The notes beneath the pieces are model-generated. The model saw only the letters and a list, made by a program, of their open reading frames with translations. It had not been told where the DNA came from and ran no database searches. From Cetorhinus maximus (Eukaryota): a DNA stretch of 64,000 nucleotides. Below, in pieces: positions 11,101 through 23,100 of this stretch. A program made the position numbers and the translations under genes. Within the stretch, counting starts at the first letter, position 1, and every line of letters begins with the position of its first letter. The stretch lies in assembly GCF_964194155.1 (NCBI RefSeq), contig NC_135884.1, positions 24,862,001 through 24,926,000 of the forward strand. Reading direction: 5' to 3'.

Positions 11101-14100
11101 TTTCAGGAGCCTCTGAGTATTCTCAAATTGTGGGAAATATTTAGTCTGATTCAGCCTGGATTTAAAACCAATTACATGGGCTATCACTACTTTCGAAGTA
11201 AAGGCTGGGTGCCAAAAACTGGACTGAAGTATGGTACAGACCTTTGTAAGTATTTCTTGAGTTTATGTACCTCATTATCTTGACATCAGAAAAATGCTTA
11301 GATTAAGATGAGCATAATAGTAGCACCATAATAGGTCAAAGAATTTATAAAATGCTCAACTGACTCTATGGGCCTAAAATGTCCCAATTTAATCCTGGTC
11401 TGTACTATGTTAGCTAATCTCAACCAGGGCAATAGTGGAAGTTTTTAGGCTCTTCTTACTCCTGAGTCTGAAGGTTGTGAGTTCAAGCCTACAGGGAGGA
11501 AGAGAAAAAAATGAACGAAAGAAGGTATCAGATGTATATTGTCAGTCAATGGCCTGTATTGCATTTGGCCGTTGGAGTTTTGGACTTGTACATCATCTGA
11601 CTCGAGCGCAGGACTGCATTCATCTCCTGCGGTTGACTGTGACCAAACCATTACAATATTTGTTCAGTATTTATGAAAGGTATTTGCTACATTCTTGATC
11701 ATCAATTCTATATTTTGACATATAAACAAAATTCTAATCACCTGAAGCATCAGGTCTTATCTTTATACAAATACTGATGAACTTGTGAGGTCCTCCACAT
11801 TTTCTGCTTTGATTTCACGTTTCCAAAATTTTCATTATTTTATCTCTTCTAAATGTGCCCTATTTTGTCGTGAGCTTTTGTCTCAACCCTTTTAAATGCT
11901 GTAGTGATACTTTAGCCATATGTTATCAGTAAAATGTTGAATGATGGAAGCTGGATACATTGTGATAGTTGTAGAAAACCATTGAAGTAATGAACAATGT
12001 GGAACTTTGAAACTGATTAATTTTTCATGTGTTCTGAATCATAAACTTTTTAGTGAAACTAACTCTACAGTGGGAAAGAGATTAAGTTTTTTGGTTTAGA
12101 TCAGTGTTATCCCAGGCTCAGTGTGCCTCCATATCAGAAAGTTGTGCATTCAAGTCCCATTGCAAGAGAAGTGAACGCCAAAAAGTAGACTGCCACTTCA
12201 ATGCTGCACTATTGGAAACAATAAACTGAGGGCCCATCTACCTTCTCATCTTTTTTTACATTAAAGGTTCTGTGCTGAAAGAGCAGGGGTGTTTGCCCTG
12301 GTATTCTGGCCAATATTTATCCATTAACCAGCTTTTCTGAAAAAAGCAGATTATTCGATCATTATCAACATTGCTCATTGTGGGAACTTGCTGAGTGCAA
12401 TTTGGCCACTGAGCTTCCCACTTTAGAACAGTGACTATTCTTCAGAAGTACTTGATTTAAAGTACTTTGTGACATCCTGAGGTTGTCAGGTGCTATATAA
12501 ATTTAAATCTTTCTTTATCTCTGTTTCTCTGATCATTCAACAACGCAGGACATAAGAAATTATATAAACTGCTCCAGGCCACACAGTCCTGTTGTGAATA
12601 GATGTTATTTTTAAAAAATATTTTTGGGGAATATTGTGTTATACTGTAAAGGAGGCTGCGTGCCTGTATGTGTGTATGATTTAATTAAATTAGGCAAGAG
12701 ATTGATATGAGTCAGGTTGTCTGGGGGGTTTAAAACATGAAAAGGATCGCGGTGGTAGGTTGAGATCCGAGTAAATAGGTTAGATCTAACATTTGTATTT
12801 TTATTTAAGTTGAGAGTTTGTTTGAATATCAAAGAGGAGTCAGAGGTAACAAGAAACCTGCTTGCATCTTGCAGGAGTTTCATAGGTAAATAGTAGTGAG
12901 GTGTTATATTTTATTGGCCCAAAATCAAAGACAAGTTAGAGTCATGAAAGATTTTATATTTGGGAAGATTTGAGTTTCAAAGAGGTGTGAGAACAATGGA
13001 ACTGGAGACGAAAGGGAAAAGAGGAAGTTTAGAGTTACTGTGAATAACTGGAGTAGTTGTTGAACTGGAGCTATGGAGATAGCTGGAGCTGTTGAGATAT
13101 AGCTGGAGCTCTGGGCTGGGAGAGGGTGCCACTTGAACCAACCATCCAGTCAAGCCAGGAAAATCTTGGGCTGCAACAAGCAGTTTATTCTGAAGTGGAT
13201 TTTACCGCAGAGTGGAAGAGGGTAGAGGTGATGGGATATGCCTTCATTGAAGCTACAGTCATTTGCCTTGTGTAATATTGGATTTTATAGTTAAATATCT
13301 ATAGGGAGTGTTGCCTGGAAGGTGTTTGCTTGCGGGTTTGACCAAATAGAGAGTTTTTTTTGGGAATGTTTTGTAAGTCTAACCTTAATTGTGTAATTGT
13401 CACTTTATGTGCTTAAGTTTTCTTTTATTCTTGTTAATAAAACTTCCACTTTTAATTTTTCAAATCCCAAAATGTTACTAGACCTCTTACTGCTGAGATT
13501 GGTACGTCGTCGTCTCGTTTTCAGTATACAAAAAAAAGGTTATGGCCCATAAACCAAGTCTCTCTGGGATTTGGATTGCGCAGCAATTAACACCGGCTGT
13601 GGTCACAACACTATGGGGGCAGTCTCTTTCTGTATTGCATTTTTGTACAAGCTTTCATTTTCAGCAGCTATTGAGATAGACTAAGCTGTTCATGCCGGTT
13701 CCCTCTGCTTCTATCTTGTTTTCAGATTTGCAGCGTTTGGCATCTGACCAACACTGATGACCTGGTTGAAATAGAAAACCTGGAGAGGGGACTTGGAAGG
13801 CCCAAACCCACATCCCACCTTTCTTTTGACAGCTCATTGTTTTATATGCAAACAATGGTTGTCATTACTATTGTCATTCAATATTCTTTTAGGAATGTTA
13901 TTCCGCATGAGAAAGGCTGTGAGGCACGGTACTTAGGGCTAAATAGGATACTAACAAAAGAATCAGGTTACCTTTTATTTGCAGTAGTACATTTTGCACC
14001 ATTCAGTTAAAGAGTTATTTGATTACCTGGCATATTGTACACAAACGTGAGTGGCATGAGATTTATTCCAGAAGGTTTCGGTGTCGTAGAGCCTAGACGT

Positions 14101-17100
14101 TTCTGTTAAATTATTGATGACAAGCCCAAAAGATTTTCTGTCACTTCCTGTCCGTCTTAGTTTGTTAAGCTATCACGTTTTAGGAAGAATTAATTAGCAT
14201 TAACAATCTCCGATCTGCTTGTCTGTTTAACATTACTCTTCTTAGTGGAGATAGTAGTTTCAGGTGAACAAGTCTGCCAACATTATGTGACTGTTTAGTG
14301 TTATGTCTTCTGGTTCCCATGAATTCGAAATAATCATACTTTAGACTCAAAATGCTGGAGCTTGATTGAGTATAATTCTTTCAGCTCTCCATGTGGTTGG
14401 TGGACTGATATATTGATACATTGTTACTCAGCACATGACTGTACTGTGACAGCAAATAAGGCACTCTGGGATATATATTTACGTAACACTTAATTTCTAG
14501 CTCTTTATGAATAATATGAAGAAAGAGGAATGTTATGTTATATATAGTGCCTCTATATCAATATAACTGTTCCAATCATTAACTTTTTTTCCTTAACTAA
14601 AGAAGATTAACAATCGACTTTTGCAAATAAGCTGAACAACTTAAGAGTCTTTTATACCTTGTTTTCTTTTCTAAAAATGTTATTCACGGTACAGGTTAAA
14701 TGATAGGATGTGCCTTTGAGGAAGATAACATTATGGAAATTATTATATCGGAATTTATTGAAAAATAATGTGCAGGGGCAGGATTTTACCAGCAGGGGGA
14801 GGGGCCCGCTCGCCGACGCATAAAATGACGCGGGATGATGTCTGGCGGAACCCCCAACGTCACCCCGCCCCATTTAAATTTTCAGGAAGGCGGGGGCACA
14901 GCAAAATCAGCTGCGGGCCTGCCGACCTGTCACTGGCCAATTGAGGCCATTGACAGGATCATTAAAACAATTAAAGGACCTGCCCGTCCAACTTTAAGGC
15001 TGGTGGGCAGGCCAGGAGCCCTGGCGGCAACTAGAAAAAACATGAAACCTCATCCACCAGCGGGATGAGGTTTCATGTAGGGTTTTTAAAAATTTAATAA
15101 AGTTGTTATGGAAATTATGAACATGTCCCATCTCATGTGACATTGTCACATGAGGGGACATGTAAGGGAACTGTTTTTTCTCTATTTTTAATATTGTTGA
15201 AAGTAGAGCCGATCTCCCTGAGGCAGCACTTAGCCTCAGGAAGATGTGTGCGCTCTTTCATGCGCATTCGTGAAAGAGCGCACTCTCGATTTTAGGGACT
15301 CTTTCCCCCCCCCCCCCCCCCACCCCACCCGCCCGCACAGGAAGCGCAAAGCGAACCCTGTGGACGTCATGCTGGGTGGGCCTTAATTGGCCCGCCTGCG
15401 CAAAATGGTGGCGCGGCCCCAATCGCTGGCGGTGATCGGGTCCGCGCCCACCCGCAATTGGGTCAGCTCCGCCCGCCTAATGGACGGAAAATTCAGCCCC
15501 ATGTGTGCACGCGTGATGTTTAGAATGTGGGGTGCAAAAGAACATTTGCAATTTTAAATGAACCAAACTAGGTTGTTTTCAAAGGAGGGGTGAAGTGTGA
15601 CACCTAACCCGGTGAAGTTTAGAAACAGTATGTTTATTTTTCCCAATGATTACTGATAATAAAAATCTCTCATAGCACTAAGTTTTATCAGGAAGGTAAA
15701 GTCCAAAGACATAGTAAACAATGGGTATTTGCATTCAAAGTGGAAAATATGTATAAAGGACTGAAGGCTATGTATAAGGATAGGCAGTCTAAGATCCAAC
15801 AAGTGTGAAACGCCTTCATCCAGTATGTACCAAACTGCTGCCTCCAGGGACTGAAGTTAAGTGAACTCACTTTGAATTCGACTGTTCAAGGTGTTGTTTA
15901 CTTTGCCTGGGTCTTTTTAAAATCTGTGTGTTTTACTGTTGCTGTAATGCAGGTGTAGCTGGGAACCAGATTAATAGGGGATTTAAAAGTTATTGTAGCA
16001 GTAATCTGTAGACATATGTGTTATGACCAATGCAGTTGGTAAAGTCGAGTTATTTAAAAAATCCCAGAGGGAAACTTCAAACAACTGTCATAACCAATAA
16101 TTTTAAGTGTTATGTTTGAGATGCGACTCTAAACTCAGGAATCAGACCACTAGTTCTCGAGGTTTTACATTAAACTCAAGGAAACATTTTATTATTTTAC
16201 GCAGGTTAAAATATATGTACACATGGTTACAAGTTATTACTATCATAACTTTTAACAAATTCCCAGACTAATCTCCATTAAGGCAACAGCAACCCATAGA
16301 CTTAGCCAAACACCAGGCAAAGCATTTTCACCTTACGAATTCAAATTGAGGTTCTTTTCATTGTGGAGCCAGTTGGAGGCTTGCAGTTGCCTTTTGATCT
16401 TACATTGCCTCTGCCTGCACACCCAAAAACTACTGAAGTTATACCTACCAGTCCCATTGAATGTTAATTCTCATTGTATCAACAACCTCTTTGAACTCCA
16501 CCTTTCAACAATGAAACCCCTTTCATAATACCAATTTTATTGGTAATGTAAACATATTGCTTGGTAGCTGCTGGAAAGGCATCACTTTTCACCCCACTTC
16601 TTGGATGCTCTATTCAAAACATGCAAATACACCCTACCTCTCGGTTTACATCTCAAACTAGTACATATCAAAGCACCCAGACTAGCTGACTCCAGTCCAA
16701 CCAAGACACACCCACAGACCAAACCTCCATTCCAAAAGAAAAACATTTTCCAAAATATTATATACATTAATAGCTTCATGACAATTTGTATGCACTTACA
16801 ATCTTTTCTTTTATTAATAAGTGTTTAATTTAGTTTTATAAAAAGCTCTTAAGACTCAGTGGTCTTATTATTACTGAACTCAAAGCCTGCATCTCGAAAC
16901 ATACAAAGTGAAAATTAGTTGTGACAGTTGTTTCAAGTTTCCCTCTGGGATTTGAACCGTTCAGCATTTACCATCTGCTGTGTCATAGCAAAATTTGGGG
17001 GCTCTTTGCGGAATATATTTGAAATTCCTTGATTGGTTTGGAGTTGGTGAATCTTAACGTTATGAGTACGAGAAGCACTTTGAATTCAGGAGTTGGTGTG

Positions 17101-20100
17101 AGTTTTTTTTTTGCAGTGGTGAGACTGCAGAATAGCTTTGGAAATTGCTAAGTCTCATCTGGGAGTTGAAGTTATAACTTTGGTTGGTTTACAAAAGGTA
17201 AATAAAGCTAAGTTAATGGAAATGGCAGAAAAGTTACAAATAGATTACCTGCAGGGGTGAGTAAATCAGACATAATTGAAGGTATAGCACAGCATTTGAA
17301 ATTGGAAGGAATACCCGAGAGACCGAATTCTCATAGGAATGGACTCATATTAAAGGCAAAATTTAGTGGGCCTTACAGGATTGAAAAGAAACTGAGTGAA
17401 ATAAATTATTTAACAAATACTCCAATTAGAAGAAAGAAGCAGACGGTATGTCATGCAAATATGCTTAAAAAGTACTTTGACAGGGAAGAGGACCAAAAGA
17501 AGGTGTTAGTGGTGGTAGATAATGAGAAAGAAGTAGAAATGCAGGATTCTGAAATTGATTTTCCTCTAATCAAATTGGATAATGAAGGGGTACTTGAAAA
17601 TTTAAATGTAATATTGAATTACCTTCCAGACAAGCATCGAAGTGATTTGCAGTCACACAAAACTATTTATGGAAATAAGTTGGGGAGGATAAATTTAGCT
17701 ATACATGATGTGTCTGTAGAAGTTTCATTTTCGATAAAGCAACATCCTTATAGATTAAATCCAGCAAAGTTGTCACAAGCACAGAGAGAAATTGACTTCA
17801 TGCTTCAAAATGATATCATTGAGTCTAGTTGCAGTAACTGGAGTTCCCCTATTGTACTGGTACCGCAACCAGATAGAACACGGAGACTGTGTGTAGACAA
17901 TCGAAAGGTGAATGGGGTGACAAAAGCAGATTCATATCCTATACCAAGGTTGGAAGATTGCATTGAGAAAATGGGACAATCAAAATTTATCATAAAGATT
18001 GGCTTGCCAAAAGGATATTGGAGAGAGCAAAGGAGATATCGGCTTTTGTGATGCCAAATGGACTGTATCAGTTTAAAGTCATGTCATTTGGTATGACGGG
18101 TGCACCTGTGACATTTCAAAGGCTGACAAGCAAAAGTAATTGCAGGCCTGAGCAGTTGTGCTGTTTATATTACCGACTTCATGTTTGCAGTCCAACGTGG
18201 GAGGAGCATTTACAGCATCTGGAAGAATTGTGTTTTTGATTACAAGAAGCTAATTTGGTGATGAACTTGGCTGAAAGTGAATTTGCAAAAGCGCAAGTTA
18301 CATATCTAGGCCATACCATTGGACATGGTAAGGTGGTTCAGAGAGATGTGAAAGTCCGGGCTATCAAGGATTTCCCAGTGCCTACAACAAAATGAGAAGT
18401 TTTGAGATTTCTGGGCATGAGTGGGTTTTATCAGAAATTTGTACCAAATTTTAGTAGTGTGGTTGCTCTACTGACTAAACTATTAAGAAAAGACAAGAAG
18501 TTTCAATGGACACAGGAGTGTCAGAAGGCATTTGACAGTTTGAAAACTGTATTAACTAAGACACCAGTTTTGGCAGTACTCAATTACGCCAAGCAATTTA
18601 ATTTGACCATTGACGCAAGCGATATGGGCATTGGGGCGTACTGATACAAGAAGATGAAAATGGAATTGAAAAACCAATAGGGTATTTTTCACGAGAGGTG
18701 AATGTACAACAGAGAAGATATTCAATGACTGAAAAGGAAACTTTGGGTTTGGTGTTAGATTTCAAAATGCTGCAATGCTATGTGGCAAACAATTTGTCAG
18801 AAACAATTGTTTATACAGACCACAATCCTTTAAAGTTTCTGGACAAATTTCAAGACAGAAGTGCAAGGCTATTCAGATGGAATTTATTACTGCATCCATT
18901 TAATCTACCAATTATACATGTTGCTGGATGAGAAAATCTGATTGCAGATGCTTTATCAAGGGTTTGAAGCTTAATGGGAAAATTGGACATTTAAAAACCT
19001 GGACTCTGAACTGGAATGACTTCTGTTGATCCAAAGGATTTATGTATATATATATATATATTAATGCATGCACCTGGTAATGTAATAGTGTAAGTATATA
19101 GACAAGTATAGAAGATAGTATAAGATGGGTTAATAAAAATGATGCTGTCTTTTTAAATTATGACGGTTCATTTTTCAATAAGGAGGGGAATGTCAGGAAG
19201 ATATAATTTCCATAATGTTATTGGAATTTATTGTAAAATAGAGGTGTGTGTTTGACATAATTGGATTAAAGATAGCTAGACTGAAGGCTTTGATGTAAAC
19301 ATGAGGGAAGTTTAGAATGTAAGATGTAAAAGGACATTTGCGTTTTTAAATGAACCAGACAAGATTGTTTTCAAAGGAGGGGTGAAATTTGTCACCTAGC
19401 CAGATGAAGTTTAGAAAGTGTTTTCCAAAAGGTTACTGGTAAAACTTAGTGCTATGAGAGATTTTTATTATCAGGAATGTAAAGTCCAAAGACATAGGGA
19501 AACAATGAGTATTTGTATTCAAAGGGGAAAATGTGTATAAAGGAGCGAAGGCTGTGTGTAAGGGTCGACAGTCTAAGATTCAACAAGTGTGAAACACCTT
19601 CAGCCTGTATGTACCAAACTGCTGCCTCCAGGGACTTAAGTTAAGAGAACTCCCTTTGAATTTGACTGTTCAGGGTATTGTTTACTTTGCCTGGGTCTTT
19701 TAAAATCTGTGTTTTACTGTTGCCTTAACTGAGATGTAGCTGAGAATCAGATTAACTAGGGGATTTAAAAGTTATTGTAGCAGTAATTTGTAGACATATG
19801 TATGTACTTACAACCTTTTCTTTTATTACTAAATGTTTAATTTAGTTTTATAAAAAGCCTCAAGACTCAATGATCTTGTTATTACTGAATTCAAAGCCTG
19901 CAAACATACAAAGTGAAAACTAGTCGTGACAATTGTTTCAAGTTTCCCTCTGGGAATAGAACAGTTCAGCATTTACCATCTGCTGTGTCATAACAGCCTC
20001 TACCTTGTAGATTTGGCATTCATTGCTCTCAGTGATGAGTTGACATGCTGCACAGGTGATGTTTTCCATGTTGCTCCTGGTGTTGAGGGAGTCATGCTTG

Positions 20101-23100
20101 ATGTTGCTAATGTATCACTTGCTGGTGACACTATTGATGTTGCACTGCTTGTTGTTGATGATGTCTCACTGGTTAGTGATGTTGCTGGTGGTGTTGATCC
20201 TTTCTGCTTTTCCAGCTCAGGTGCAGGTCAAATATGGACTCTGTTTCTTCTCATTTGCTTACTGGTTTTGGTCTCAATGATGTATGACCTTGGAGTCTCA
20301 TCTTCACCAATAACTTTTGGTGAATTTCATGATTGGATCATGTACATGTACAATTTGTCCTTTCAACAGCTCAGGCAGGGATTTAACACGCTTGCAGATG
20401 TGTTGACCACCTCCTACCTGTGCATCAGTGAGTTGTTGTCTTTCTTCCTCCTGGTCACTTGGAGGGTGTCTCTTGCTTGGCAGAGCTGCTTTATTCTTTC
20501 TTCCATTCAGCAGCTGTGCAGGCAATTTCATATCAGCCTTGAGAGGTGTAGATCGGACTAACAATAAGGCAAGGTCTGGATCTTCCTCTGTGTCTCTGCA
20601 TTTCCTGCAGATTTTCTGACCATCTGGACATGTCTTTCTATAAACCTTTCTATAAATCCCTTACAATCCCTTACATTTTCTGGAGGTGAATTGGGTTCCA
20701 TTGTCACATATTCTTCTAGGAACCCCGTGCTCAGCGAACAGAACTCGTACTGCTGAGATGATTGTTGTGGCTGTCAAATATTTCACCTTTCAGATAAAAG
20801 GGAATTTTGTGTAATAGTTTGCAATCTACCATTCTTGTGTGTGTGGTTGGTGGGGTGGGGGGTGGGGGGGGGGGCGGTGTGGTGTGGTACCTCAGTAGGT
20901 ATCATCTCCTCTTTGAGCTGTGTATTTCTGTGTGACCTTCATGTATATTCTGGAGACATTCTTCCTGCATCATTTTTGGTATGATTATTCTGGATCTGGC
21001 TAACAGAACACTATCTAAATAGAGATAATATAGACCAATACTGCTGTATTGCTAGCTGTATTTGCTGAGAGAGCATTTGTAACTCTTTGTCTTTCCTGGC
21101 CTCGTCTCTAATTTGATTCAGCTTTGGTGGTTTTGTGTTCACTAGATGATGGATCTTTGTACCTAGATCTTTTACCTCATGTTTCTCCTGTGGTGACAAC
21201 CACAATAGGGCATCCACTAGCATCACTTCACTTCCTGGCTAGTATTTCAGAGTGAAATTGTAACCCTGAAGCCTCAAGAGTAACCTCTGCAGTCTTGCTC
21301 TACACAGATTTTTCTTGTAGATCTGCTCCAGTGGACAGTGATCACTCTCCATCCTGAGCTTTCTCCAATACAGATATGTATGAAATTTCTCACATCCATA
21401 TGTGACTGTTAAAAACTCTCTTTCTATGTTGATATATCTGGTCTCAGCTGAGGTTTGAGCTCTGGATGTGAATGCTATCGGTTTTCTCTCTTGTACCAGG
21501 GCTGCTACAAGTCCTTCTGCAGAAACATGTACTTGGAGAGCGATGGGTTTCTTTCTGCTGTAGTATGGCAGACTTGTCTCCTTGCATTCTACTACTTTGA
21601 GTTTGTTGCAACACCCCTCGTATTACTCTGACCACTGGCACTCCGCATCATCTTTCATCAGCTCTCGTAGGTTTACTGTGTGTTCTGACGTAAGTTATGA
21701 AAGAACTCATGTACTGGATCAAGCCAAGTCATGTACTGGATCAAGTCTCAACTCCTCTGGTCTCTTGGAGGTTGCAATTCAGAGACGGCTGAGACTTTTT
21801 CAATACTTGGCTTGACTCCGTCATATGTGTGCACCATTCCGAAGAACGGGCATTCTGTCACTGTCTCAATGCATTTGTCTGCTTTAGCTCAATCCCAGTT
21901 TTGCTGGTTCTCTCCATGGCTTCATGTAGACGGTGGTCATGGTCTTTTCTCATCTTCACCATAGATCTGAATATCATCAGCTATGCCAACTGCTCCTTTG
22001 TATCCTCGGTATGTCTCATCTATTTTCTGCTGGAACACATCCTGTCTCACTTTAAGGCCAAAAGATAGATGCAGGAATTTGTATCGGCCAATAGATGTGT
22101 TGAATGTTGTCAACAACAAAGGTTCCTCATCAAGCTTCGTGTTCCATTTCATGCCATTTCTGGCATCAAGCTTGCTAAAAACTTTTTCCCCTTCCGGTGC
22201 TGGTGTGGTCTCTTCCAGTGTTGGGTTAGGGTAGTGATTCCTCTTTATTGCTTGATTAAGATCTTTGGGATCCTATCAAATTTCTAGCTGCCTATATGGC
22301 TCCGCTGTCACCACGATGGAATTTACCCAATCTGTAGGCTCTGTGACTCTGGCAATCGCCACCTTTTCTTCTTGGAGCTCTCTTTCAAGCTTTCCTTTTA
22401 GTTCTATTAGTATGTTACGTGGGGGCTGAATTACTAGTTTCATCACTGGGTCAATAGTGACGTTATAATCAACCTATAAAGCATTCAACAGTCTCATCAA
22501 AACACTGTGTACATTTGTACCAGATCTCCCTTCCTTCTGATCAGCGAGTGCTTTGTAATGGGTGTCCTATCTTCAACCTTCAGTGTCGACTTCTTCTCAT
22601 GGTTTACTGGGATAAATTGCAGTTCTTCGCAATTGCTCAACCCCAGGATAGTAGGACCATCTGTTTCAGTGACATAGAGCATACAGTTAACATCTCTCCT
22701 TTTCCATGTGCCTCTGATTTGAGTTATTCCTAGCTGTCGAAGCTCAGTTTCCCTCGTATGCCCATTAGCATGACATTGCTCGGCTTCAGAGCACCTTACC
22801 TTGGGTGCTCATTTTCTTTCAAATTTTCAGGAAAGATCTTCTGGTATACTCTGAGTGGGATGAAGTTACTCCAGCAGTCTTTCATCTGTCTCCTTGAATT
22901 TGCATGTTCTGGTTGCATTTTTCAACCTTTTATAGGAAATTGTCCACAGGCTCACCTGAATCTTGACTCAGGACTTGAAATTCATATCGATAGATCCCAT
23001 AATTTTACTTTGGCTGGAGATTTGCACTGATTTTTTTCAAAAATTTTGTCTGGATTTCTGCTGTTGTCTTTGCTTTCACTCACCTCCTGGCTATTAAACA

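Larger units (their letters stand above)
14716..19995 (+). mobile_element. Gmr1-like Ty3/Gypsy LTR retrotransposon (INT before RT), internally deleted, pseudogenised
   Basis: 5' LTR ~14716-16990 (interrupted) and 3' LTR 19191-19995 (TG..CA); GCCT flanks both ends; PBS TGGGGGCTC at 16996; PPT AGGAGGGGAA at 19181-19190. ORF relics: integrase tail [22 protein letters not shown], then [30 protein letters not shown], then RNase [26 protein letters not shown]. Confidence 0.9.

Noticed and set aside
11104-11109. NAGNAG acceptors (CAG-GAG / TAG-GAG) at TSEN2 exons 8, 11 and 12
   Set aside because: A distal GAG is rarely used, and the Glu codon is expected from homology.
12110-12200. tRNA-like A/B boxes (also at 41360 and 59565) as tRNA genes beside a tRNA-splicing gene
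   Set aside because: These are SINE heads with no cloverleaf.
15306-15335. Poly-C / poly-G tracts (also 20850-20880) as functional G-quadruplexes
   Set aside because: Simple runs inside transposon relics with no supporting context.
19926-20561. 211-aa hydrophobic ORF that looks like a membrane or env protein
   Set aside because: It is the antisense reading of the low-complexity integrase C-terminus of the minus-strand Gypsy, and it starts inside an LTR.
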